64,000 nt of DNA from Candidatus Hodarchaeota archaeon (GCA_048886685.1 JBHLKM010000001.1:320001-384000); one strand, 5' to 3'. Positions 49,433 to 58,969 are shown, numbered from the stretch's first letter. Numbers and translations: made by a program. The notes: generated by a model not told the origin, from the sequence alone.

Positions 49433-50836
49433 ATGGTAGATTATTTCAAAGCACGGATTTTATTAGAACCAAATGAGGTTCCTAAGGAATGGGTAAATAT
49501 TGTGCCGGATTTGCCTGCGCCTATGACGCCTTTAGTCAACCCTATGGATGGGAAACCTGCCCCGCCTGAAATGGCTTTTGCAATTTTTCCAAAAGAATGT
49601 GTGTTGCAGGAAGTATCTCAAGAAGAAACGATACCCATCCCTAATGAGGTAAGAGAGATATTCGTAAGTACTTACAGACCAACTCCTCTTCATCGCGCTT
49701 TAAGGTTGGAAAAACAGTTAGGAATAGAAGGAGATGATATAAAAATATTCTATAAGAATGAATCCGTATCTCCTACAGGATCACATAAGCCTAATACTGC
49801 TATTGCTCAAGCATATTATGCCAAGAAGGATGGATTAGAAGAGTTAGTCACTGAAACTGGTGCTGGCCAATGGGGTTCAGGTTTAGCGTATGGATGTAAT
49901 TTATTTGATATCAAATGTACAGTTTATATGGTGAGAGCAAGTTTCTTCCAAAAACCAGGTAGAAAAATTTTGATGAGGTCGTATAATGCCGAAGTTCATG
50001 CTAGTCCTTCAAACTTAACCGAATCAGGAAAAATGTTTGTAGAAAAAGATCCAGATCACCCAGGTAGTCTAGGAATTGCGATTTCTGAAGCAGTTGAACA
50101 CAGTTTAGGCAAGGAGAAGAGTAGATATTCCTTAGGAAGCGTAGTAAATTTTGTACTACTGCATCAAACAATTGTTGGACAAGAAGCAAAGATCCAATTA
50201 GAAAAGGTAGGGATTAAAAAGCCTGATGTTGTAATTGGATGTATGGGGGGTGGATCTAACTTCGCTGGTTTAATGATTCCATTCGCTAAGGATAAATTGA
50301 ATGGAATTAGTCCAGAAATTGAAATAATAGGAGTAGAACCACGTGCATGTCCTAGCGTATGCAAAGGTGAGTATCGATGGGATTTTGGAGATACTTCAAT
50401 GAAAGGGCCAATTGTAAAAATGCACACTCTCGGTCATACCTTTATTCCAAGCCCGATTCATGCTGGTGGATTAAGGTACCATGGAATTGCTCCAATTGTT
50501 TCAATATTATACAACAATAAAGTAATGTCAGCTGTAATGCATCATCAAACTGAAATTATTGAAGCAGCATTACAATTTGCACAAGCAGAAGGAATTCTTG
50601 CTGCTCCCGAAACAGCACATGCAGTTAAGGAAGCAATCGATCAAGCTTTAAAAGCCAAGGAGGAGAAAGAAAAGAAAGTCATTCTATTTAATTTTAGCGG
50701 TCATGGATTTTTTGATTTATTAGCTTATAAAAGTTACATGACGGGTGAATTAGAAGATTACGAGTTACCGACAGAAGAAATCCAAAGAGCCTTAGCTTCC
50801 GACGAAATGCCAAAAATTGATGAGTCTCAATTCTAA
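49433..50836 (+). CDS. trpB2: Tryptophan synthase beta chain, TrpB2 type
   Basis: YRPTPLHRA, SPTGSHKPNTA (PLP Lys), TETGAGQWG, GGGSN, IHAGGLRYHG, FNFSGHG. Start is ATG 49433 or GTG 49421. Confidence 0.96.
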   Translation: MVDYFKARILLEPNEVPKEWVNIVPDLPAPMTPLVNPMDGKPAPPEMAFAIFPKECVLQEVSQEETIPIPNEVREIFVSTYRPTPLHRALRLEKQLGIEGDDIKIFYKNESVSPTGSHKPNTAIAQAYYAKKDGLEELVTETGAGQWGSGLAYGCNLFDIKCTVYMVRASFFQKPGRKILMRSYNAEVHASPSNLTESGKMFVEKDPDHPGSLGIAISEAVEHSLGKEKSRYSLGSVVNFVLLHQTIVGQEAKIQLEKVGIKKPDVVIGCMGGGSNFAGLMIPFAKDKLNGISPEIEIIGVEPRACPSVCKGEYRWDFGDTSMKGPIVKMHTLGHTFIPSPIHAGGLRYHGIAPIVSILYNNKVMSAVMHHQTEIIEAALQFAQAEGILAAPETAHAVKEAIDQALKAKEEKEKKVILFNFSGHGFFDLLAYKSYMTGELEDYELPTEEIQRALASDEMPKIDESQF

Positions 50837-50850
50837 ATTATTATAAATTT

Positions 50851-50866
50851 ATTTTTTTTTTCTTTT
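50851..50866 (+). terminator. Oligo-T archaeal terminator after trpB2
   Basis: T10 run about 15 nt after the stop codon. Confidence 0.55.
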
Positions 50867-50938
50867 AATATTGATTTAGAGAAAATCTTAAAATTTAGGG
50901 ATACTTTAAATATTAAAATTTCAAGAGATTGGTACTTA

Positions 50939-52006
50939 TTGAACCCCTTTTCATTTATTATTATTTGTTTCTTCTATTTTTATGGTTTTATCCTTTTCTA
51001 TATCACTTATCTAACAAAAAAAAAAAGCGAGAAAAGAGCTTTTATCAATAATCTCGCAAACTCTATTATACTCATAACTTCTATTACAATTAATTTATTA
51101 ATTATCTATTATAGAAATCCGAGTAATACTAGTTTTATTGCTTTCCCTTTTGATATTTTAATGCTTATATTTATTTTTTTATTTATCCCAGTTTTTTCTT
51201 TTTTTGTAATTAAGGAAAAGAGAAAAATTGAAAATGGCAGAATACCTCATGAAGAATTTAAATCAAAATCGAAAATTTTACCATTAAAATATGATATATA
51301 TAGAAAAATGACTCATTTAGTTGTATTGGGGATAATATTTTTCTATTTTACCTTAGGTTTTTTAGTTCAGAATGTTTTTAAATATATTTCAGAACTGTTA
51401 CCTAACTTTTTTATTGAAATGTTTGATATGGGTGATGATATAATGGTTTTTACTCAAAATTTAGTAGTTTTTTTAGTTGGCGTCTCTTTAATTGGATTAT
51501 TAACAGCAGATTTTACTAGAGTCCTTCAGCCAAAATATTATCCTTTAAAACCAGTAAATCAAATACTTAAAGAAAAAGAATTATATATGCGATTAGGACC
51601 TCATATTTCAATGAGTATTGGTTGTTTTTCTATAATCCTTTTATATGGTCTTATTCAACCAGTAGGGCCTCTGATAATCTGTACTTCAATGGCCATGGCT
51701 GTTTTTGGAGATACAGCATCGAATTTATTTGGTCGAACGTTAGGAAAAAGAAAAATTCGCGAAACGGAAAAAACTTATGAAGGTTTACTTGCTGGAGTCA
51801 TAATTGCATTCATCTCTGGATTTATAGTATTAATAATCCTTAAAGATTTTTATTCACCTAAGAACTTTGGATTAATTTTTTTACCATTATTAGGAGCTAT
51901 AATCCTTGGTTTTATAGATTACCTAGATCTTGAAATAGATGATAATTTATCTTATAATTTCATTCTATCAACTGTTTTATTTTTTTGTTCACTTCTTCTC
52001 TTCTAA
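50939..52006 (+). CDS. CTP-dependent polyprenol/dolichol/diacylglycerol kinase-family membrane protein
   Basis: RKMTH, GDTASNLFGR..G, KTYEG, IDDNL; multiple TM segments. Confidence 0.82.
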   Translation: MNPFSFIIICFFYFYGFILFYITYLTKKKSEKRAFINNLANSIILITSITINLLIIYYRNPSNTSFIAFPFDILMLIFIFLFIPVFSFFVIKEKRKIENGRIPHEEFKSKSKILPLKYDIYRKMTHLVVLGIIFFYFTLGFLVQNVFKYISELLPNFFIEMFDMGDDIMVFTQNLVVFLVGVSLIGLLTADFTRVLQPKYYPLKPVNQILKEKELYMRLGPHISMSIGCFSIILLYGLIQPVGPLIICTSMAMAVFGDTASNLFGRTLGKRKIRETEKTYEGLLAGVIIAFISGFIVLIILKDFYSPKNFGLIFLPLLGAIILGFIDYLDLEIDDNLSYNFILSTVLFFCSLLLF

Positions 52007-52049
52007 TTTAATTTTAACAAAAGCTTTTTCAATTAAGCTGATTTAATTT

Positions 52050-52559
52050 ATGAAAATGATGGAAGAAAAATTAAAAATCGATAAAATTTCTAAGGGAACA
52101 GTTATCGATCATATTGATGCAGGATATGCTTTAACAATTCTTGGCCTCACTGGCCTTGATGAAACTAAGAATTTAATAACTATAGGTGTTAATGTCTCTT
52201 CTAAAAAATATCAAACAAAAGATATAATCAAAATCGAAAACGTATTTTTAAATGAAACTCAAATGCAACAAATTTCGATACTATCCCCAAACGCCAGTAT
52301 TTCCTTAATTGAAAATTATAAAGTTATTGAAAAGAAGAAGGTGAAAATTCCAGAGATTATTAAAAAACTTATACTTTGTGTTAATCAAACCTGTATTTCA
52401 AATTCAGATGAACCTATTGATTCAGAGTTCTTAGTTTTAGAAGAAAAACCTTTAAAAATCCAATGTGCCTATTGTGAGCGGATATACAAACTAGAAGAAA
52501 TCGTGTTCACATCCAAAGAAAAAAAGGAAAAAGTAGTAAAACAAACTATCAAATTATAG
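52050..52559 (+). CDS. pyrI: Aspartate carbamoyltransferase regulatory chain
   Basis: GTVIDHI, KDIIKIE, Zn ligands CVNQTC and CAYC. Confidence 0.95.
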   Translation: MKMMEEKLKIDKISKGTVIDHIDAGYALTILGLTGLDETKNLITIGVNVSSKKYQTKDIIKIENVFLNETQMQQISILSPNASISLIENYKVIEKKKVKIPEIIKKLILCVNQTCISNSDEPIDSEFLVLEEKPLKIQCAYCERIYKLEEIVFTSKEKKEKVVKQTIKL

Positions 52560-52740
52560 TCTCTTTCAATACTAAATGATAATGAAGATTTCAATTTCGA
52601 CCATTTTAGTAGAATAAACCTAAAGAGTACTGTATAATTCCCTAAAATGATATTTTAAAGATATAACCTCTTATCCTCTATTATTTAAATACTTTAAACT
52701 CTTTAATCCAGATAATCTTTAAAGTAAGTGTTGTAATATT

Positions 52741-52848
52741 ATTCCCAGTTTTTGAAAGTTTATATATAGCTGATAGATATAAGAGGATCGTCAGGTCTTA
52801 CCCCATCTAATCTAAATACAGCTATAAAATTAAGTTTCTACTGGGAAT
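52741..52848. repeat. Long imperfect inverted repeat
   Basis: Nested pairs ATTCCCAGT/ACTGGGAAT, TATAGCTG/CAGCTATA, TAGAT/ATCTA, AAGA/TCTT. Confidence 0.6.
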
Positions 52849-52850
52849 GT

Positions 52851-52928
52851 ATTTATAAATTAGAAGAAATTGTATTTAAATCTAAAGAAAAAAAGGAAAA
52901 TATTGTAAAACAAAGAATTCAGTTATGA
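52851..52928 (+). pseudogene. Diverged second copy of the pyrI 3' end
   Basis: IYKLEEIVFKSKEKKENIVKQRIQL* versus pyrI IYKLEEIVFTSKEKKEKVVKQTIKL* (52482-52559); 20 of 25 aa identical. Confidence 0.85.
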
Positions 52929-52946
52929 GATTGTGTTAAATCATTT

Positions 52947-53387
52947 TTAAATAAATATTTCTAAAATTGAAGAGAAATCAGGAATGAAGAAAAGAAGAGT
53001 GTGAGTAAGTACACCTCCAATCATAAATAAAAAGAAAAATATCCCTATTCCTGGCAATATGACATTTTTCCATGTCCACTCTTCCTTGTCATATTCAAAT
53101 TTTAAAATAAAATTATTTACAATGAAAGGGAATATAAACCACCACGTTAACATCCATAAAAATAAAAACCATCCAATTAATCCAAATAATAATCTTCCGA
53201 TAATGGCACTTAGAAAACCGGTTATTGCACGTATCCAGTATAGTTTTGTTTCTTTTTCTAGTCGAAGATCTAAATCTTTAGTTGCCTTCTTTTCTACTTT
53301 AATTGATTTATTTTGGAGTTCTTTCTTTTTCTCCTTTATTAACTTTTGCCTTCTTTTTTTAATATCTACTCTCTTGCGCTTTCCCAT
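52947..53387 (-). CDS. EMC6/Rab5ip-like small membrane protein
   Basis: Basic N-terminus, then LYWIRAITG motif and three TM helices ending GIGIFFFLFM..GVLTHTL. Confidence 0.55.
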   Translation of the reverse strand: MGKRKRVDIKKRRQKLIKEKKKELQNKSIKVEKKATKDLDLRLEKETKLYWIRAITGFLSAIIGRLLFGLIGWFLFLWMLTWWFIFPFIVNNFILKFEYDKEEWTWKNVILPGIGIFFFLFMIGGVLTHTLLFFIPDFSSILEIFI

Positions 53388-53461
53388 AATTATTAATATA
53401 AATATTATTTACTATAAAAATAATTATATAACTCGATAAACTAAAAATTAGACAAGACATT

Positions 53462-55519
53462 ATGAATATCACAATGGAATTTTCCAATTTTGATGTATTC
53501 GCCATTGTTAAAGAATTGGATACAATACTAAGAAATGGTTCGATTTCTAATATATATGAAGTTCAAGATTTATTAATTTTAAAAATAAATACGAATTTTG
53601 GGAAAAAAAATTTAATCATTAAAAAAGATTCACGGATTAATATAACGGAATATAATTATCCTATCCCTTCATTCCCCAGTCAATATATTAGAGCCTTGAG
53701 AAAGTTCTTAAAAAATAGACAGATAATAGGGGTTTCTCAATACAAACTTGACAGAATTATAATAATAGAATTAACTAATAGAGACGAAGGAACTTGGAAA
53801 TTTGTGATTGAGTTATTTAATAAGGGAAATTTTTTACTTCTTGATCAAAATGACATTATTATCATTGCCAAAAAATATCGGAAATTTAAGGATCGCACTA
53901 TACTTGCAAAGAACGAATATATTTTTCCTACTTCTCAAAAAAGAGATTTTTTCTCGATTAACAGGGAGGATTTCGAAGCATTATTTAAATTATCTGAAAG
54001 GGAAGTTGTAAGAGACATATCGAGAAAACTAAAGTTATCTGGTTTATATAGTGAAGAATTATGTAAAAGAGCAAGATTAAATAAGAAAAAGCTTGGTAAA
54101 GATCTAAGTGAAGCAGATTTTAACAATTTATACGAATCTTTCAAGGGAATAAGAAATCAGCTCTTGTTTGGTTCGATAGACGCTCATATCATATTAGATC
54201 AACAAGGAAATGAAGTTACTGTTTTACCCTTTGAAACTAAGATTTTTGAAGATTATGAAAAAGTAAGATATTCTAGTTTTAACGAAGCTGTCGATGATTT
54301 TTATTCAAAAATTGACTTTGAGTCTATTAAAATCCCTAAAGATCGAAAAATAGAAGATCAGATCAGATCTCAGGAGAAGATATTAAAAAATCAACAAGAT
54401 TATCTTGAAGAACTTAGAAAGAAAAAGAAAAAATACTATACAATAGGAGATTTTCTATATGCTAATTTCAATAAATTTGAAAAGTTGTTATCTGTTATTT
54501 TGGATGCGAGAAAAAAGGGATACCCTTGGGATGAAATTAACGATAAATTGCAGCAAGCAAAGATTGATAGATTAGATGGAGCGGAGTTTTTTGACAAAAT
54601 CTTACCTGCAATGAATCAAGTTTTAATAAAAGTTAATGGGAATGACGTTTATATAGATTTAAGAAAAAGTTTTGGAGAAAACGCAAATATAATTTATATG
54701 AAAGGGAAAAAAGCAGAAAAAAAAATAAAAGGAACAATTAAAGCAATTAAAGATACGAAAGAAAAAATAGAAAAATTAGTACATAAAAAGGAAGCAATAG
54801 ATACTGGTATTGATTTCTTGATTAGAAAACCAAAAAAAAAATGGTATGAAAAATTTAGATGGTTCAATTCATCCGATGGATTTTTAATTATTGGTGGAAG
54901 AGATGCTACGTCTAATGAAATAATCTTCAAAAAACATCTAGCCACTAATGATTTAGTATTCCATACAAGCTTTCCTGGTTCTCCTTTAGCTGTGATTAAA
55001 AATCCAAATAATCAGGTAATCACACCTGAAACTATTAATGAAACCGCAGAATTTGTTGCTAGTTATTCGCGAGCATGGAAAGAGAATTGGGGTGTAGTAG
55101 ATGTTTTTTATGTAGAACCTACCCAAATAACAAAAACACCACCTTCAGGAGAATATTTACAGAAAGGTTCATTTATCATTTCAGGGAAAAAGAACCTAAT
55201 AAAGAATGCAAAAACAGAATTAACGATTGGATTGAAATTTGCTGAGTTAAATGACAGATCAAATAAAGAAAGGCAAGTTTTCTATCCTAAAATAATTTGT
55301 GGTCCTGAAAAAGCAATCAAAAAGCAAACAAATCATACAATAACTATTGTACCATCTAAATCAAGTAGTTTAACAGCAGGTAATTTAGCTAAGGAAATAA
55401 AATCTTATTATCTTAATAATGTAGATAAAGATCTAAAAAAATGGGTAGAAATATTATCTTTAGACGAAATACTTTTGTTTCTTCCTAGTGGATTGTCTAT
55501 GATAAAAAAAGATGCTTAA
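53462..55519 (+). CDS. rqcH: Rqc2/NEMF (NFACT) ribosome quality-control protein
   Basis: FSNFDV, LRKFL, DRII, IELFNKGN, KKKWYEKFRWF.SSDGFLIIGGRDATSNE, GEYLQKGSF. Confidence 0.93.
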   Translation: MNITMEFSNFDVFAIVKELDTILRNGSISNIYEVQDLLILKINTNFGKKNLIIKKDSRINITEYNYPIPSFPSQYIRALRKFLKNRQIIGVSQYKLDRIIIIELTNRDEGTWKFVIELFNKGNFLLLDQNDIIIIAKKYRKFKDRTILAKNEYIFPTSQKRDFFSINREDFEALFKLSEREVVRDISRKLKLSGLYSEELCKRARLNKKKLGKDLSEADFNNLYESFKGIRNQLLFGSIDAHIILDQQGNEVTVLPFETKIFEDYEKVRYSSFNEAVDDFYSKIDFESIKIPKDRKIEDQIRSQEKILKNQQDYLEELRKKKKKYYTIGDFLYANFNKFEKLLSVILDARKKGYPWDEINDKLQQAKIDRLDGAEFFDKILPAMNQVLIKVNGNDVYIDLRKSFGENANIIYMKGKKAEKKIKGTIKAIKDTKEKIEKLVHKKEAIDTGIDFLIRKPKKKWYEKFRWFNSSDGFLIIGGRDATSNEIIFKKHLATNDLVFHTSFPGSPLAVIKNPNNQVITPETINETAEFVASYSRAWKENWGVVDVFYVEPTQITKTPPSGEYLQKGSFIISGKKNLIKNAKTELTIGLKFAELNDRSNKERQVFYPKIICGPEKAIKKQTNHTITIVPSKSSSLTAGNLAKEIKSYYLNNVDKDLKKWVEILSLDEILLFLPSGLSMIKKDA

Positions 55520-56259
55520 AGAAGACTTTGCCATTTCTTTATTTTAGGAATATTTTTATAATTGTCAAATAAAATACCATTAATACCTAAAGTAATCAAG
55601 GATTTAATTTTATTTATTGGGTTTTCGCTTCTAAGAAAATCCCAAGATAAAGATATAATCTTGTTTTTACGACACTTTTCAATAAATTCTTGCGAAATTA
55701 AGCTCGATCTTAAACTAATCATGTCAATTTTCAAGATCGTACTTTTGTCATTACTTAACTCTAGAAATTCTGTCAGTGATAATCCTTGTCCCTTTGTAAT
55801 ATTATAACACATTTTATTCTGAGGAAATTTTTTTTTAAATTCCAATAAATCCATTAAATATTTCCCACTAATAATGCAATCTTCTAATAGATCATTTTCT
55901 ATAATTAATTTAACAATATCATCAATCAAGCTCTTTTCTTTTAATTCAATCATAAATTTAGTTTTTCCTTTTAGTTCATTGAAAACCTCAGATAATAAGG
56001 GAATAAAAGATAAATTAACTTTTGTCCTAAAATTTAATATTTCTTTATGAGTAAGCTCCTTTACTAATCCCATGCCATTAGTAGTCCTTTTTAAAGTAGG
56101 ATCATGTATTACTATGAGTTTTTCATCTTTAGTTTTTCGAACATCAAGTTCAATACAGTCTGCACCATACTCTATCGCTTTTTTGAAAGCTAGGATTGTA
56201 TTTTCGTCATAAGATACACTAGTACCTCTATGTCCGATAAAAAGAAAGTCTTGAATCAT
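55516..56259 (-). CDS. Glycerophosphodiester phosphodiesterase
   Basis: IGHRG, ENT, IELDV..TKD...IVIHD, IELK. Confidence 0.92.
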   Translation of the reverse strand: MIQDFLFIGHRGTSVSYDENTILAFKKAIEYGADCIELDVRKTKDEKLIVIHDPTLKRTTNGMGLVKELTHKEILNFRTKVNLSFIPLLSEVFNELKGKTKFMIELKEKSLIDDIVKLIIENDLLEDCIISGKYLMDLLEFKKKFPQNKMCYNITKGQGLSLTEFLELSNDKSTILKIDMISLRSSLISQEFIEKCRKNKIISLSWDFLRSENPINKIKSLITLGINGILFDNYKNIPKIKKWQSLL

Positions 56260-56273
56260 TATTTCTTAAGTTG

Positions 56274-56702
56274 TTATAATTCTTGGACTATATATAAATA
56301 GATTATAATCACTAATAATCCAATAAATGATAAAGCAAATACCCAAAGATTTAATATTGTTTGCATTAAAGAAAGAGCGATGAGTAATAATAATTCTTTC
56401 CAGTCTAATGGTTTACCCGTTAATTCTTTATAATTTCCAACACTAATCATTATGAAAAGAAAAAATAAAAGAATTGTAATCACTTTTATCAAAAAATCTA
56501 ACATATCAAATAAAATATTGATATTAGTAAAAATGGAAATTTCTAGTATTACAAATATTATATTAAAAAAAAGCGAAATAATGTAAAAAATTATACTGAG
56601 AACACAAGCAATAATAACTGTTCTATAAGCAAATTTGTCATCAGATCTTCTTTTAATCTTTAATTTCTGCTCTTTTATTTGATCTTTAGGAACTTTTGAC
56701 AT
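56274..56702 (-). CDS. Hypothetical membrane protein
   Basis: About four hydrophobic segments. Confidence 0.75.
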   Translation of the reverse strand: MSKVPKDQIKEQKLKIKRRSDDKFAYRTVIIACVLSIIFYIISLFFNIIFVILEISIFTNINILFDMLDFLIKVITILLFFLFIMISVGNYKELTGKPLDWKELLLLIALSLMQTILNLWVFALSFIGLLVIIIYLYIVQEL

Positions 56703-56703
56703 A

Positions 56704-57501
56704 CTAACTTCTCAATCTTTCAACTTTCTCTTTTAATTTAATAATTTTATAGATGTAGTACCCGAAGAAAATTCCAATTACACTAAATGCTATTATTGAC
56801 AAAATGATAAGAATTAAGTCTATTAATATCAGTTCTTCTTCAATCGGTTCTTTAATATTAATAATAATAATTTCGCTTTTTATAATACCTTGAGGGTAAG
56901 CAGGATTTTCTCCATAGGTTATGTTAAATGCATAACTCTCATAATCGAGTATTGAATCTTCACTTTCTCCATTTGTATTGTTTTGTCCAATTGGAAAAGA
57001 AAATTCATAAATAGATATATCTCCTTTTAATTTCGCCGCACCGTCACCATCATATCGTGTATCATTCAAAAACAAGCTGTTATTAATGTAATAATCAAGA
57101 TAAATAAAATCATTAGCACTTATATTCGTAAACTGAACAAATTTCGCATCAATAAAATCTTCTAAGCTTTCTGAAGAACTATTGGAAACTAAAATCCCTA
57201 TAAATTCAGTATCATTATGATATCCTGAAAATAAATCAAGTTGTAATGATATAAAAAGTTCTTGGTTAGTTTGCATAACCCATAGATCTATTGGTAAATC
57301 TGTAAGATTAATTTGAGTTTTAAACGATTTATTCCATTCACCTATAGAATCATCAATATTCCCATCAATAATAGGAGCTTGCCCAAATTCGGGATTAATT
57401 TCTACTGCGGCACCATAACTACTAATTATGTAAAAAGATGATACTATAGAAATATTTACCAGTAGAATCCACAATAATACAAAAAATGCTATTTTCCTCA
57501 A
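56704..57501 (-). CDS. Cell-surface protein with DOMON/CBM9-like domain, signal peptide and C-terminal TM anchor
   Basis: APIIDGNID..EW, YEFSFP, many NxS/T sequons. Confidence 0.65.
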   Translation of the reverse strand: MRKIAFFVLLWILLVNISIVSSFYIISSYGAAVEINPEFGQAPIIDGNIDDSIGEWNKSFKTQINLTDLPIDLWVMQTNQELFISLQLDLFSGYHNDTEFIGILVSNSSSESLEDFIDAKFVQFTNISANDFIYLDYYINNSLFLNDTRYDGDGAAKLKGDISIYEFSFPIGQNNTNGESEDSILDYESYAFNITYGENPAYPQGIIKSEIIIINIKEPIEEELILIDLILIILSIIAFSVIGIFFGYYIYKIIKLKEKVERLRS

Positions 57502-57675
57502 GGTGAATAAGCCATTTATTTTTAATTTGCTATATCATTAGTTTTGTTTAATATTAAAATTGATAATTAAAATTTAATTTAATATTTTTCCTTACTTTAT
57601 TCTATAATATTCAATTTTTACATCAATACAAATTATCAAAAAAAATGTGAAGAAATAACTCAGTTTTAACATAAT

Positions 57676-58125
57676 TTAAGTTAAATATTTTGGAAGCAAA
57701 ACAACACAATTGAATTTATTAAGATAAGTAATAATATAATTAATCAAATTTTTAATTTCATGTTTGGCTTCAGATTGATTATTATTACTATACTCGATAA
57801 ATGGTTTTGGTCCAATAGCTACAAGAGCGCCGGTTAAATCTTTTTCTCTCTTTATAAAAAACCAAAATGGTTTTTTTTTTTCATTATCCTTAACTATTAA
57901 CAACATCCAAGGATTTAATGTCCAATCTTTCTCATCTGGATCAATCACTTTTTCTATGGCTTTATGAGTAATATATTTTCTAGACATCTTTATTGACTTA
58001 ATAAGGGCATTAAAAAAGCTTCTTTTTATTTTCAGGTAGCCCCCAAAATAAGCTTTGGCATCAAATAATTCCAATATTTGGTCAGTTCCATCTGATAATT
58101 TAAGAAATATTTTCCAGGGTTCCAT
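57676..58125 (-). CDS. Hypothetical protein
   Basis: 149-aa ORF in the RNase P operon. Confidence 0.75.
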   Translation of the reverse strand: MEPWKIFLKLSDGTDQILELFDAKAYFGGYLKIKRSFFNALIKSIKMSRKYITHKAIEKVIDPDEKDWTLNPWMLLIVKDNEKKKPFWFFIKREKDLTGALVAIGPKPFIEYSNNNQSEAKHEIKNLINYIITYLNKFNCVVLLPKYLT

Positions 58126-58127
58126 AA

Positions 58128-58568
58128 TTAAGAGTCTCCGCTGTTCTTTAATCTTACTTCTTCAATTTTTATTTCTTTAAATATATTTTTAATCTTTTCT
58201 AATGAATTCCTTAAATCCTTTTTTTTACTGTCAGAAATGCCTAAATTTAGATAACATTCATAATAGATGTGCCTTTTAATCTTTAAAAAGCCGGATGTAT
58301 GGATAACTTGAAATTTCTGAAGTATTTTTGATATTTCTTTTAGTATGTTTTTAGATAATTTAATACCATATAAACTAATCTTAATGACTTTTTCTTTCTT
58401 TATGGGGTAAATTGATAGTTTTATAGAATTTTCAATAGAGGATTGGATGATTAATAAATTATTGTAATCTTTTAAGTTTTTAAATTTCGAGAGAGAAATT
58501 CTTGGGTTAGTATTCAAAAAATCCTCTAATTGTTGAATATACGCATCTGTTATATTTAAACTATCCAT
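58128..58568 (-). CDS. Hypothetical protein (possible ACT/ferredoxin-like fold at C-terminus)
   Basis: 146-aa ORF with VIHTSG...YYECYL. Confidence 0.7.
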   Translation of the reverse strand: MDSLNITDAYIQQLEDFLNTNPRISLSKFKNLKDYNNLLIIQSSIENSIKLSIYPIKKEKVIKISLYGIKLSKNILKEISKILQKFQVIHTSGFLKIKRHIYYECYLNLGISDSKKKDLRNSLEKIKNIFKEIKIEEVRLKNSGDS

Positions 58569-58588
58569 TCTATATACAAATGATATTA

Positions 58589-58939
58589 TTAATCTATTTT
58601 ATTCTTTTTTATGATGGGGCTTTTTTTTTTTAATGATTTTATAGTACCAGAAGTCTTTAATGGAGATAAAATAACTCTTTTTCCATTTATTTCCTGAACA
58701 AGGGTTAATGCTGTAATAATTACCTCTTTAGTTTCATGAGAGAATCTTATAATTGCATAATTCTCTGTTAAATTTAAATCAACTAGCCATAATCCAATTT
58801 TATTTGCTTCTTTCATCCCAAAATAATGCCATATTGACTGCCATACAGATTTAAGAATAACATTTTGATCTAGAGATAGGTCTGATTCCTTTATTATTTT
58901 GAACATAATGTATCTTTGCCTTTCTTTTTTAGTGATAAT
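58589..58939 (-). CDS. rnp2: RNase P protein Pop5/Rpp14; probable ATT start
   Basis: The conserved ERQRYIMF motif begins upstream of the ATG at 58906; also YFG, AIIR, KTSGTIKSL. Next to Rpp30. Confidence 0.88.
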   Translation of the reverse strand: MITKKERQRYIMFKIIKESDLSLDQNVILKSVWQSIWHYFGMKEANKIGLWLVDLNLTENYAIIRFSHETKEVIITALTLVQEINGKRVILSPLKTSGTIKSLKKKSPIIKKNKID

Positions 58940-58969
58940 AAATCTCCTCTTAAGTTAATTAAAAATTTA

